The position numbers and the translations under genes are program-made. Below are positions 39,458 through 49,404 of a stretch of DNA of 64,000 nt, in pieces. The notes under the pieces are model-generated. The model saw only the letters and a program-made list of their open reading frames with translations, had not been told where the DNA came from and searched no databases. Numbering within the stretch: position 1 is the first letter of the stretch; each line of letters starts with the position of its first letter. Origin of the DNA: an uncultured Oscillospiraceae bacterium (lineage in GTDB: Bacteria; Bacillota; Clostridia; Oscillospirales; Ruminococcaceae); assembly GCA_902478145.1 (NCBI GenBank), contig CABSJT010000001.1:5671-69670 (forward strand), in the 5' to 3' direction.

Positions 39458-39697
39458 ATGAAGATTACTGTTTGTATCGGCTCTTCCTGCCATATAAAAG
39501 GTTCGCGTCAGGTTGTTGAACGTCTTAAAGAGATAATTGCCGAAAAAAATCTTGATGAAAAGGTTGAACTTGCAGGAACGTTCTGCATGGGAAAATGTCA
39601 GCAGGGCGTATGTGTAACTGCGGGTGATAAGTTTTATTCTGTTTCGCCCGAGTCAGTTGATGAATTTTTTGAAGAAAATATCTTACCGGAACTTTAA
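39458..39697 (+). CDS. thioredoxin-like [2Fe-2S] ferredoxin (NuoE/HndA-like)
   Basis: The C-x4-C...C-x3-C pattern is present (CIGSSCH ... FCMGKC). The start is taken at MKITV (AAAGGAAA + 6 nt). Confidence 0.75.
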   Translation: MKITVCIGSSCHIKGSRQVVERLKEIIAEKNLDEKVELAGTFCMGKCQQGVCVTAGDKFYSVSPESVDEFFEENILPEL

Positions 39698-39776
39698 AGC
39701 CGATCTATGTGTAGATAAATTAAGCTGAACCATTTTATGTGTGGTTTCAGTTATCCTTAAGGAGGATGTGTCGCAA

Positions 39777-41198
39777 ATGAGAAAATTTGATACTAAGGTC
39801 CAGTACCTAAAATACAAGGTTCTTAGAGAGGTGGCACGCCAGGCGTGGAATGACACATTGCTTGACAATTTGCTTGACATACCGAAAATTATCGTTCCGG
39901 GAAAAACACCGACCATGCGCTGCTGTGTTTATAAGGAACGCGCTATTCTGAGCGAACGTGTTAAGCTCGCTATGGGTGGTGATGAAAGCAACTCTAACGT
40001 TATCGAAGTTATTGAAACGGCTTGTGACGAATGTCCTATGGGTGGATACGAGGTCACAAATTCATGCCGCGGCTGTTTAGCGCATCGCTGTGAAGACGTA
40101 TGCAAGCGCGGAGCAATCACATTCGATCATCAGCACGTTGCGCATATTGACAAGTCAAAGTGCGTGAACTGCGGAGCCTGCGCAAAGGTCTGTCCTTATA
40201 CTGCAATAGTTGACAGAAAGCGTCCGTGTGAGAACGCCTGCAAAATAAAGGCTATTCATATGAATGAGGATAAGGCTGCTGCGATTGATAACGATAAGTG
40301 TATCGCCTGCGGAGCTTGCGTATATCAGTGTCCTTTCGGAGCTATTTCCGACAAGTCGTTTATTCTTGATGTTATTGATATTATCAAGAAGAGTGATAAT
40401 AATCGCAATTATAAGGTATTTGCAGTTGTTGCGCCTGCTATTTCCAGCCAGTTTACATATGCGAAGTTAGGTCAGGTTATTGCAGGACTGAAAGAACTCG
40501 GTTTCTATACGGTTATCGAGGCGGCTCTCGGAGCAGATATGGTTGCATATTCGGAATCCAGAGAGCTTGCGGAAAAGGGCTTCCTAACAAGCTCATGCTG
40601 TCCTGCCTTTGTAAGCTATATTGAAAAATCCCTGCCCGAACTTTTGCCGTATGTATCGCACAATCTTTCGCCTATGGGCACTATTTCAAAATATATCAAG
40701 GAACATGACGCGCCATGCAAGGTTGTATTTATAGGACCGTGCACGGCTAAGAAAGCTGAGGTCCAGAGGGATTCGGTTAAGCCGTATGTTGATGCTGCAA
40801 TGACTTTTGAAGAGCTTCAGGCGTTATTCGACAGCCGCGATCTTGATATTACTACTCTGCATGAGGATGTCCTTGACAATGCATCTTATTTCGGAAGAAT
40901 TTTTGCTCGTTCGGGCGGTTTATCTGACGCGGTTGCTCAAGGTCTGAAAGAGCAGGGCATTGAATTTAATTTAAAGCCTTGCGCTTGTGACGGAATTGAA
41001 GCTTGCCGTGTTGCGTTGCTCAAAAAGAGTAAAAATCTGCTCGACGCAAACTTTATCGAGGGTATGGCATGTATCGGCGGATGTATCGGTGGTGCTGGCT
41101 GTCTCACTCACGGAGAAAAGAACAAAGCCGGCGTTGATAAGTATGGTAAGGAAGCCTACGAAAAAACAATAGGCGATGCAATTTCAGTATTAGAATAA
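39777..41198 (+). CDS. [FeFe]-hydrogenase catalytic subunit-like protein (monomeric, 473 aa, with extra N-terminal Cys cluster and 2x[4Fe-4S] ferredoxin domain)
   Basis: The H-cluster motifs are present: L1 TSSCCPAFV, L2 FIGPCTAKK, L3 EGMACIGGCIGGAG. Ferredoxin motifs CVNCGACAKVCP and CIACGACVYQCP, plus the cluster CDECPMGG...CRGCLAHRCEDVC, are also present. Start at ATG 39777 (AAGGAGGA + 8 nt). Confidence 0.8.
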   Translation: MRKFDTKVQYLKYKVLREVARQAWNDTLLDNLLDIPKIIVPGKTPTMRCCVYKERAILSERVKLAMGGDESNSNVIEVIETACDECPMGGYEVTNSCRGCLAHRCEDVCKRGAITFDHQHVAHIDKSKCVNCGACAKVCPYTAIVDRKRPCENACKIKAIHMNEDKAAAIDNDKCIACGACVYQCPFGAISDKSFILDVIDIIKKSDNNRNYKVFAVVAPAISSQFTYAKLGQVIAGLKELGFYTVIEAALGADMVAYSESRELAEKGFLTSSCCPAFVSYIEKSLPELLPYVSHNLSPMGTISKYIKEHDAPCKVVFIGPCTAKKAEVQRDSVKPYVDAAMTFEELQALFDSRDLDITTLHEDVLDNASYFGRIFARSGGLSDAVAQGLKEQGIEFNLKPCACDGIEACRVALLKKSKNLLDANFIEGMACIGGCIGGAGCLTHGEKNKAGVDKYGKEAYEKTIGDAISVLE

Positions 41199-41278
41199 AC
41201 TTTTTGCCGCACATTTTATATGTGCGGCAAAGCGATTTATACATATTTTCAATCATCTAGTGACATTACAGGAGAATT

Positions 41279-41719
41279 ATGGCGATAATCAGAGAAATTA
41301 CCGAAGATGATTTTGACGGTCTTATGAGTCTGTATATGCAGCTTCACAACAACCCATTTCCGAAGCGCACAGAATATGTTGAATCTGTGTTGGAGCAGAT
41401 TTTGAACGATAAATGTCATCACATAATTGTTGTGGAAGAAGATGGCGCTATTGTTTCTTCGTGCGTCTGTGTAATTATACCAAATTTGACTCATGAGCAG
41501 CGACCGTATGCATTTATAGAAAATGTTGTAACAGATTGCCGTTACAGAAAGCGAGGCCTTGCGGGAATGTGTCTTACATACGCGAAAGAAATCGCCAAAA
41601 AAGAAAATTGTTATAAAATCATGCTGCTTACAGGCTCAAAGGAAGAAGCAACGCTTAATTTTTACCGCAAATGTGGATATAATAGTGAGGATAAAACCGC
41701 ATTTATCCAGTGGCTTTAA
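41279..41719 (+). CDS. GNAT family N-acetyltransferase
   Basis: The acetyl-CoA binding motif RKRGLAGMCL is present in a 146-aa protein. Confidence 0.75.
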   Translation: MAIIREITEDDFDGLMSLYMQLHNNPFPKRTEYVESVLEQILNDKCHHIIVVEEDGAIVSSCVCVIIPNLTHEQRPYAFIENVVTDCRYRKRGLAGMCLTYAKEIAKKENCYKIMLLTGSKEEATLNFYRKCGYNSEDKTAFIQWL

Positions 41720-41751
41720 TACGATAATTTCTTAGACAGAAAGGAAAAAAT

Positions 41752-42282
41752 ATGCAAAGAAGATCATCACGTCCGAAAAAAGATGAATGCTACAGGCTGA
41801 TTGATTCGGCACTTTCAAAAAAGGAAGAATTACTTGACGCGCTTCGTGATTATACTGTTTCCGAACATGGATTCGAGGAAGAAGATTACGATTATCTTGA
41901 CGAAGAAAGCCTTGTGCTTGAAATAGAAAATGAAAACGGGGAAAGCGTTTTTATTGAGCTTTCAGACGCTTTCACGCTTTATTTTGACGGTTGGCACAAC
42001 AGGTACGGCTTACAGGAATATGAATTTCAATATCTGCTTGAGGATATGAACGATCTTCTGAAAAACAGAAAGTGCGCGCTTACGCTCTCGTTGAACGGGA
42101 AATGGGTAGGAAGTATTCTCTCGGACGGTGCAATAACAGCGGAAGATGATAAAGATGTTATTCTTCATGGAATGTTCGGGAGCGCGGTTTCGGATAAAAT
42201 TGCGGAGCAGGGCGGTGCTCTTCGTGCAGTATACTGGGACAGCGAACAGAATATCATGTTTAAATTTGACGAAGAAAAATAA
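41752..42282 (+). CDS. hypothetical acidic protein
   Basis: A 176-aa ORF with a GGAAA RBS and a terminator immediately downstream. I recognise no family. Confidence 0.45.
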   Translation: MQRRSSRPKKDECYRLIDSALSKKEELLDALRDYTVSEHGFEEEDYDYLDEESLVLEIENENGESVFIELSDAFTLYFDGWHNRYGLQEYEFQYLLEDMNDLLKNRKCALTLSLNGKWVGSILSDGAITAEDDKDVILHGMFGSAVSDKIAEQGGALRAVYWDSEQNIMFKFDEEK

Positions 42283-42286
42283 AATT

Positions 42287-42332
42287 AAAAGCTGCTTTTC
42301 GCATTGCTCTGCGAAGGCAGCTTTTGTCTATT
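42287..42332. terminator. bidirectional rho-independent terminator between convergent genes
   Basis: AAAAGCTGCTTTTCGCA-ttgctc-TGCGAAGGCAGCTTTTGTC. Confidence 0.55.
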
Positions 42333-42350
42333 TAAGGGCGTTTCATTGAG

Positions 42351-42695
42351 TTATATTATGCCAAGCTCTGCTGCGATTTTTATTGCTTCGTGTCTGTTCT
42401 TAGCATTTAGCTTCATAAATATGTTACTAACGTGAAATTTGACGGTGCTGAGTGAGATTCCTAAAAAATCCGCAATATCAGCATTGGACTTTCCATCGCA
42501 CATGAGCTTGATAACGTCGTTCTCGGAAGGGGTGAGCGCAGGTATTTCCTCAATTCGCCTATGCATATACTTCGGGTAAAGAAGAGCAATTTTTTTAGAA
42601 AGTGATATTATATGCTCCACATATTCATCTTGGATATGCTCTTCAACCTTATATGCCATAATTAAAGTATATATTTTTATTCCTTCATCAGTCAA
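42351..42695 (-). CDS. LuxR/GerE-type HTH DNA-binding domain protein (possibly the C-terminal half of a split regulator)
   Basis: A GerE HTH is present (SENDVIKLMCDGKSNADIADFLGISLSTVKFHVSNIFMKL). The track start is a TTG overlapping the upstream stop. Confidence 0.65.
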   Translation of the reverse strand: MTDEGIKIYTLIMAYKVEEHIQDEYVEHIISLSKKIALLYPKYMHRRIEEIPALTPSENDVIKLMCDGKSNADIADFLGISLSTVKFHVSNIFMKLNAKNRHEAIKIAAELGII

Positions 42696-43801
42696 AAGCC
42701 TGTCAAAACGCCTTTTTTACATATTTTAAGAACCTCATGCAGGAGTTCAAATGCTTTCTTGTGTTGATTATCTTCAAAATATCCTATTGCGCACAAAATA
42801 TCCAACTGACAAAGATCCATGATATGACCACATTCGACAAGCAGCGGACGAAGAAGCTCCCTCATATTGATAAGACTATAATATTTTTTTTGCAATATAT
42901 ACACTCTGGCTTTAATAATATAACGGAAAATATCTGTTTTGCGGATAGTATCAAGCTCGTCGGGAGCCTTGGTTCTTACCCAGTTTTCAGCTTCCTTTGT
43001 GTTGCCGTCGTACATTGACGCCCAAGCTTTAAGTGCATAAAAATTCGGCATTAACCAATAGCTGTTTGAGTGGATCAGCTTTTTGTAAATATTTTCGAGG
43101 ACAGGTTCAACAGATGAAAGCTGTCCTGTAACGATCATTATTTCAAGCTGAATGAACAGAGCAGTGAACAGCGCGGGTGCGTTTTGAGTATTTTCAATGC
43201 GAGGGATTATGCCTACGATTGTCGCCAACGCATTATAGCACTCGTCGCGCTGATACCACATTTCTGCCATTGCTGCTTCAAACACTCCGAGAGATTTGTC
43301 ACCATATAATAGTTCAATGCTTTGTTTTATCGGCTCTTTCAGGCGAACGAGGCAGTTATTATATGCGGTAAAATCGATAAAACCGTTGAGAATACTCAAG
43401 CCGTTAAGAGAAACAGGCAAATTGATTTTTTGATTGCTGCGCATTTCTATAAGTTTTTTCATTGAACGCCTGAATTGTGAAGGTTTTATATGCGGCATGA
43501 AGTAATCTGTGTGAGCTTTTATAAATGGAAATTCGGTCAGAACTTTTGCGTACCGCTCAGCTCTATCAAATTTGAAATAAATCGTCGCGTCAACAACAGA
43601 AAGCGGTGACAGAAGCGGCGTTGAGATAATTTCCTCATCGGAAAATATTTCAAGATATTTATGTACATACGAAAAGCCCACTATGTCGCATGGCATTTGC
43701 GATAATTCATATAAAAGCTGAATTATTTTTTTCTTATCATTGTTTTCAAAAGCAATGTCAAGTTTATTTAAATAGCCAAGTTCAATATCATTATAGTTCA
43801 C
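42692..43801 (-). CDS. helical-repeat (TPR/MalT-C-like) regulator N-terminal region without DNA-binding domain; probable partner or frameshifted half of the LuxR-type regulator
   Basis: A 369-aa all-helical protein that ends 1 nt out of frame with the downstream HTH ORF. Confidence 0.45.
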   Translation of the reverse strand: MNYNDIELGYLNKLDIAFENNDKKKIIQLLYELSQMPCDIVGFSYVHKYLEIFSDEEIISTPLLSPLSVVDATIYFKFDRAERYAKVLTEFPFIKAHTDYFMPHIKPSQFRRSMKKLIEMRSNQKINLPVSLNGLSILNGFIDFTAYNNCLVRLKEPIKQSIELLYGDKSLGVFEAAMAEMWYQRDECYNALATIVGIIPRIENTQNAPALFTALFIQLEIMIVTGQLSSVEPVLENIYKKLIHSNSYWLMPNFYALKAWASMYDGNTKEAENWVRTKAPDELDTIRKTDIFRYIIKARVYILQKKYYSLINMRELLRPLLVECGHIMDLCQLDILCAIGYFEDNQHKKAFELLHEVLKICKKGVLTGF

Positions 43802-43922
43802 AAGCTCACTTCTTTTTTATTATAGCACATTTTTTACATTTTTGCACTATACCAAAGTATAGTATATTTTATAGGCATAAAAAAAACAGGCACTCATTTC
43901 TGAGCGCCTGTTTAATGTTGTT

Positions 43923-45856
43923 TTATGCAAGTGTTACCGTTCCGTCTTCAGCTACTGAAGCTAACAATAATATAGTCGGAACTTTTTCGCTGGTGTAGAC
44001 TGCGTAGATGTAGCATGAACCGGCAGAGGTGCGTTTAAGGGTAACTGTGCAATTTTTGTAGCTTGCCGAAACACATTTGGCTTTGGTCGAGGTTACTTTT
44101 CCTTTTGTGTCTGCAATAGGTTCGTTTGTTGTAACAAGTATTTTGCAAGAAGCTGTTGTTGCTGTGTTTTCCAGCTCTGTTACTGGGTTGATGTTGAATG
44201 TGAGCTTGTCGTTTTTAGCTGCAATAATGGTGTTTTCGCTTGTGAACTGCGGTTTAACCTCAGTTACGGGGTTTACAAGCGTAAGCGTGTAATTGGCTTT
44301 CTTTCCGTTCTGATCGCACTGAACTGTAATTTTTGCCTTTACAGTCTTGCCGGGTTTTGCAGAATTGAGTGACAGTGCATTTAATGTAATTTTATTTCAT
44401 TCAACGGTGCATTCAACATAGTTTGCGGATTTTTGGTCAACTGTTGCCGTAAATGTTGCTTCGGTTGTGAGTGTACCTGTTTTATCTGCAAGGGAAGTGA
44501 AATAAAGTTCTTTGGTTTCGCCTACTGTAACAGCTCCGGTTTTTGCGACAATTGTGCCTTCAGCGTCGGAGTACAGCGCCAATTTATATGATGCGGCAGA
44601 AACGTTGACTTTGATAGATATCATGTCCACTACCGTCTTATCAGCGCGCAGGTCATATACCCAGATGTAAACCGTGCCTGCATTTTTACCAGCATTTATT
44701 GTAACTTTTCCGTCTTTCTTAATGCTTGCTTTAGCAATGGATTCTGCGTTTTTATCCTTTGTTAATTTGCCGTTAATGATGACAGGAGCTGCTGATGTGC
44801 TTGTTGTTGCTGTCTGGAGTCTGCCTGTTTTCATTTTTCCCTTTACGTCAACAGCCTGAGGAGTCATGTCGGTGTAAATGACAGCGGACTTATAATTGAT
44901 CTTGCTGCCGTCTGTCTGCTTTACATTTCCGCCGTTCGCCCACACGCTTACGGAATCAACGCTTTGTGTAAGCGCGGAATCTGAGTAAAAACCGCCCGAA
45001 GATGTAAATTCGTCAAATTCGTCCTCTTCATACTGCTGATTGCTGAGTATAGGATAGTTTTTGCCCATTTTCCAAGCATTGTTTGAGTTGATCGATGAAA
45101 GGAATTCGTCAGTTGTCAGAGCGTCATTGCTTACATAGCATGAATCGTCCGAAGATACGCTGTCAGATGCGGAGCCTTTAACCGCATAAACGTTCTGCGT
45201 ATTTCCTTTTGCGTAAGCAATAGAGCAAGCTGTTTTTTGAGCTGCAGCAGAACCGGCAAAGAAGCAGTTTGTAATAGTGCTTTCGTTTACAGCTACAATT
45301 CCCGCTGAATGTTCCTTGCCGTAAATACGCGCCGTACTGTAACAATCGGTGATTGTACCACGGTTTGTTCCGCAAAACTTGCAGTGTTCCACTCATTGCT
45401 TGAGATAGAGCCGCTTATGCTACAACTCTTTATCATGCCCAGATTGGGGCCTGCGAATGCGCCGATTTCGCTGCTTTCTATTCCGGCGCTGTTGACATTG
45501 ATATTTACAAGATTTAAGTTCTGAATAGTTCCGTTTAATCTTTCAACAAGACCGTGTGCGTTTAAAAGCTTTGCATTTACAACTGCATATCCGTTTCCGT
45601 CAATAGTTCCGTCGAATGTTTTTATAGAGGGGAGAACGCCTGTGCAAACAATATTGGCTGAAAGGTTGAGCGTTGTGTTTGAATCGCCTGCGCCCATAGC
45701 AATGTCAAAAAAAGCTTTTGAAAGAGAAGCCTCATCGCTTACCGTAACCGTGCCGAGTTTTTCCGATGAATTGTATGTTCTGGGAGTGTTCTTATAGTCC
45801 CACGCCGTCATTCCAAACCTGCTACGGCGACGGTCACGCGCTCGTTGACGCAACAT
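43923..45856 (-). pseudogene. decayed surface-protein gene: N-terminally truncated, one frameshift (near 45293-45392) and one in-frame TGA (44397-44399); beta-helix/GLUG-like repeats followed by Big_2-like Ig domains
   Basis: Two overlapping track ORFs in different frames carry the same repeat type (TIQNLNLVNINVNSAGIESS / TITNCFFAGSAAA). The reading frame continues protein-like for about 157 more codons past the TGA, down to TAA at 43923-43925. Confidence 0.5.
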
Positions 45857-47406
45857 ACAGCTATATGACGGCGACGGATACCGTTACGGGCGATTACAGC
45901 ACGATAATAACAAACACGACCGATAAGCCGATCGGTTACAGCATTACGGTGCAGAATCTCGATAAGGCGAATTCACAGGTTTATGTGTGGGAAACACGCG
46001 GACCTGACGGCGGTGAATACAACGAAAACTATTTTAAGCAGATTGACACACTTACTCCACAGTCTGACGGTGACAAAAATTCATACAGCGTTACTGTTAA
46101 GCCTTACTCGATTATTACGCTTTCAACGCTGAATATCGGCGAAAAGAATTATTCAAATATGACAGAAAATGACAGAACCGTTCTTGAACTACCATATTCC
46201 GACGATTTTGAATACTCTGATTATCAGAACGATTACATTTCTTCAAGAGGCGGTGCGCCGCGATATACTACCGATCAGGGCGGTGCGTTTGAAGTGCGTA
46301 ACATTGACGGAAATAATGTTCTTATGCAGATGATAACTCCCGATATTAAAGCGAACGAATGGGGTGGTACTCCCGAACCTGTCACCTGCTTCGGTGACGA
46401 CAGATGGTACAATTACAGCATAAGCGCGGACATTCAGCTTGAAAAATCGGAAAATCTCGGGTCGAATTATGCAGGCGTCGGATTGCGGTACAATCTTGGC
46501 TGTCAGGGAGCAAGCGGATACCATTTCCAGATCTGGGAAAGCGGAACTTGGAAACTGCTTCGCAACGGCAAGGTCCTTGAAGAGGGAAGTGCTGAAATTT
46601 CCGCCGATAAGCTGATAAATGTAAAACTGTCGGCATACAGAACCTCGATAAAGGCATATATCGGCGGCGAGCAGGTATGCGATTATGACTGCACAGGCAA
46701 TTCTATCGTCGGCGCGGGACGTGCGGCGCTTTACAGCTCTTACAACCGCAATATGTTTGATAATCTTGTGCTTGAACCTACCGATGAAAGCGAAATTTAC
46801 GCAGCACGTTATGATAATACGGATTCCTGCGTTGAATACAGCGGCAGTTGGACGCACGAAACAATAAGCTCGTTCAAGAATTACAAGAGAACGGTTTCAA
46901 CGGGTGAAGAAGGCTCATCGGTAACGCTCAAATTCAGCGGAACAGGATTTGCCGCAACAGGAATTACAAAGTCAAACGCTGTTTTATCGGTAGAAATTGA
47001 CGGTAATGTAACTGACGGAGAATACGTTGTGCCGAAGTGCGGTTTCAGGCAGTCGTCTTTCTACAAATACGGACTCGAAAATGGTGAACACACCGCAGTG
47101 ATTACAGTTAAATCAGGTACGTTTGCCGTTGACAGCTTTGAGGTTTTAGGTGCTGCTGTTCCGATTGCGGAAAATAAAGTTGAAGCTGTCGAAGAAACGA
47201 TTGACGATAGCAACAATATAACAGAAGAAGCCGTATCAAATCAGGAAAACGTTGAAACAGCTTCTGAGAACAGCAATTCGGACGAGGGCGGAGTTCCGGT
47301 AGGAGTATTTGTCGGAATAGGTGCAGCCGTCGCTGCGGCAGCCGCAGTTGGCGTTGCAGTTGCAAAAAAGAAGAAAAAACATGAGCAAATCTTTGACCAT
47401 TATTGA
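45766..47406 (+). CDS. membrane-anchored GH59/GH30-type beta-sandwich + concanavalin-A-like lectin + CBM-like domains, lacking the catalytic TIM-barrel (probable N-terminally truncated gene remnant)
   Basis: It begins without a signal peptide inside a beta-sandwich domain (VWETRGPDGGEYNENYFK...YSIITLSTL). A lectin-like block follows (GYHFQIWESGTWKLLRNGK). The C-terminus has a TM anchor and KKKKK (VFVGIGAAVAAAAAVGVAVAKKKKK). Confidence 0.5.
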   Translation: MNCMFWECSYSPTPSFQTCYGDGHALVDATYSYMTATDTVTGDYSTIITNTTDKPIGYSITVQNLDKANSQVYVWETRGPDGGEYNENYFKQIDTLTPQSDGDKNSYSVTVKPYSIITLSTLNIGEKNYSNMTENDRTVLELPYSDDFEYSDYQNDYISSRGGAPRYTTDQGGAFEVRNIDGNNVLMQMITPDIKANEWGGTPEPVTCFGDDRWYNYSISADIQLEKSENLGSNYAGVGLRYNLGCQGASGYHFQIWESGTWKLLRNGKVLEEGSAEISADKLINVKLSAYRTSIKAYIGGEQVCDYDCTGNSIVGAGRAALYSSYNRNMFDNLVLEPTDESEIYAARYDNTDSCVEYSGSWTHETISSFKNYKRTVSTGEEGSSVTLKFSGTGFAATGITKSNAVLSVEIDGNVTDGEYVVPKCGFRQSSFYKYGLENGEHTAVITVKSGTFAVDSFEVLGAAVPIAENKVEAVEETIDDSNNITEEAVSNQENVETASENSNSDEGGVPVGVFVGIGAAVAAAAAVGVAVAKKKKKHEQIFDHY

Positions 47407-48745
47407 TATGACAAAAGGCAGCGAAACGAGGCATATTCTCTGTTTCGCACTGCCTTTGCTTGTGGGAAATCTCCTGCAGCAGCTTTATAATGTAGCCGAC
47501 ACGGTCATTGTCGGAAAATTTCTCGGCGACGACGCGCTTGCGGCGGTTGGTGCGACAGGCTCGATAACATACCTTTTCTATACATTGTGCATTGGATTAT
47601 CTGTAGGAACAGGAATAATAATTTCACAGTATTTCGGCGCGGGAATGTTGAAGCAAATGAAGTCCGCCGTATTCAATTCGGCTGTTGTTACCGCTATTTT
47701 TGCCGTTGGAGTGAGCATTGTTTCGGTATTTCTTGCCGAGCCGCTTCTTTCCTTTTTAAACACGCCTGCGGCGCTTCTTCCGTCAGCGGCAGGATATATG
47801 CGCATTTCATGTGCGGGAACGATAGCTGTTGCGGCATATAACTGGATAAACGCTGTAATGCGTTCTCTCAGCGACGCAAAATCACCGCTGTTTTTTCTTG
47901 CGGCTGCGAGTGTTATGAACGTTATCCTGGATTTGATTTTTGTGATCGTATTCGGCTGGGGCATAAACGGCGCGGCTGTTGCCACGATTATTGCGCAGGG
48001 TTGCTCGGCGCTTTTCGGTATATTTTATGCATTCAGTAAAAACAAAGATATACAGCTTGATAAAGCTGATATAAAGCCCGAAAAGCAGATGATGTTCAGA
48101 TGTATCCGCACAGGTTTGCCGATTGCGGGTCAAAACGCTATGATATCTGTTTCTATGGTTGCTCTTCAGCGTGTTACAAACACATTTGGCGAAACAGTCA
48201 TGGCTGCCTATACCGCGTCAATGCGCATAGAACAACTTGTTCAGCAGCCGTTCAGCTCGCTTAACGCTGCTGTTTCGACGTTCACGGGGCAGAATATTGG
48301 CGCTGAAAAAGATGAACGGGCGATTAAGGGACTTCGTACAGCATTAAGAATGTCTGCAATTTTTTCCGTTATAATGGTCGCTGTCTTTATGCTTTTCGGA
48401 AGGTATATTACAGGATTTTTTGTGAGCGGCGATGAAGTTATCGGAATTGGCACAATGGGAATACAGCTCACCTCACTGTTTTATATTTTTCTTGGCGCTA
48501 TTCATGTTACGCGCGGATTTCTCAACGGTGCAGGTGACACAGGTTATGCGATGATAAACGGAGCGGCGGAGGTTGTTTCGCGTATAGGCTTCTCAATTTT
48601 GCTGACATCAATTTCTGCTATCGGATATCGCGGGATATGGCTGACGACCTGTATTACATGGGTGCTTACCGCCGTTATCAGTATTATAAGATATAAGAGC
48701 GGGGTCTGGAAGAAGAAAAGCTTTGTCAATGCTGATTCCAAATAA
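47381..48745 (+). CDS. MATE-family multidrug/oligosaccharide efflux transporter
   Basis: A 12-TM protein with an N-terminus typical of MATE (LLVGNLLQQLYNVADTVIVGKFLG). Start taken at MSKSL. Confidence 0.85.
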   Translation: MSKSLTIIDMTKGSETRHILCFALPLLVGNLLQQLYNVADTVIVGKFLGDDALAAVGATGSITYLFYTLCIGLSVGTGIIISQYFGAGMLKQMKSAVFNSAVVTAIFAVGVSIVSVFLAEPLLSFLNTPAALLPSAAGYMRISCAGTIAVAAYNWINAVMRSLSDAKSPLFFLAAASVMNVILDLIFVIVFGWGINGAAVATIIAQGCSALFGIFYAFSKNKDIQLDKADIKPEKQMMFRCIRTGLPIAGQNAMISVSMVALQRVTNTFGETVMAAYTASMRIEQLVQQPFSSLNAAVSTFTGQNIGAEKDERAIKGLRTALRMSAIFSVIMVAVFMLFGRYITGFFVSGDEVIGIGTMGIQLTSLFYIFLGAIHVTRGFLNGAGDTGYAMINGAAEVVSRIGFSILLTSISAIGYRGIWLTTCITWVLTAVISIIRYKSGVWKKKSFVNADSK

Positions 48746-48773
48746 GCCTAAAAGTGTTATATATGTGTACAAC

Positions 48774-48823
48774 ACAACAGCGCCGTGCATTCATTATTGT
48801 GCGGCGCTGTTGTGCGTTTTTTT
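48774..48823 (+). terminator. rho-independent terminator after the MATE gene
   Basis: ACAACAGCGCCG-tgcattcattattgtg-CGGCGCTGTTGT followed by GCGTTTTTTTC. Confidence 0.6.
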
Positions 48824-48978
48824 CTTGTATGAAATGGCTTGAAAACTCCCATGTTGCGGCAGCATGGATTTGCTGTAAGGGCGATAGTTTTTTGCAATTT
48901 TTATGCTGCGAAATATGCACAAAAAGATGTTGCTAAGTGTACAATATGTACATGAACTGAAAACTTCTGAGTTTTTCC

Positions 48979-49404
48979 TTACTTATTAAAAAGAGATTCA
49001 ACATATTCAGAAAGTGAGACACCTTTCTGTCTAGCAGCACGACGTATTTTTTCTGCGGTTGATGCGGAGATTGAAACTGTAAAACTTATTTTTTCGTTAC
49101 TTTCATTGATTGCTCCGAATATTTTTTCGTAATTGTCGCTGTCAAGATGTTCCTTCGCCCATTTTTGTGCTGATTCATACTTTAACGGCTTGATTGCTTC
49201 CCCGCCATCCCAATTGTCGCTATGCCTTGAACAGTAACATGTCTCGGCACCGCCTATTCCGTGCAGAAAGTATTCGCCTGTTTTTTTACGATACAAAGTT
49301 TCTTTGACGTATGTAATGTCGGAAGTGCATTGATTGTTCGTCCAGCTGCCGAGTCCTTCGGCGGTGCTTGTATCGTAGACTTTGTTGTTTATGATTTTTT
49401 TCAC
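48979..49404 (-). CDS. hypothetical protein with C-terminal ribbon-helix-helix-like segment
   Basis: A 141-aa protein whose C-terminus (KISFTVSISASTAEKIRRAARQKGVSLSEYVESLF) resembles CopG/RHH. It is flanked by imperfect direct repeats of about 45 bp. Confidence 0.45.
   Translation of the reverse strand: MKKIINNKVYDTSTAEGLGSWTNNQCTSDITYVKETLYRKKTGEYFLHGIGGAETCYCSRHSDNWDGGEAIKPLKYESAQKWAKEHLDSDNYEKIFGAINESNEKISFTVSISASTAEKIRRAARQKGVSLSEYVESLFNK

Noticed and set aside
44397-44399. In-frame TGA as a possible selenocysteine codon
   Set aside because: The same gene also has a frameshift and an N-terminal truncation, and no SECIS-like hairpin is evident downstream. Pseudogene decay is the simpler explanation.
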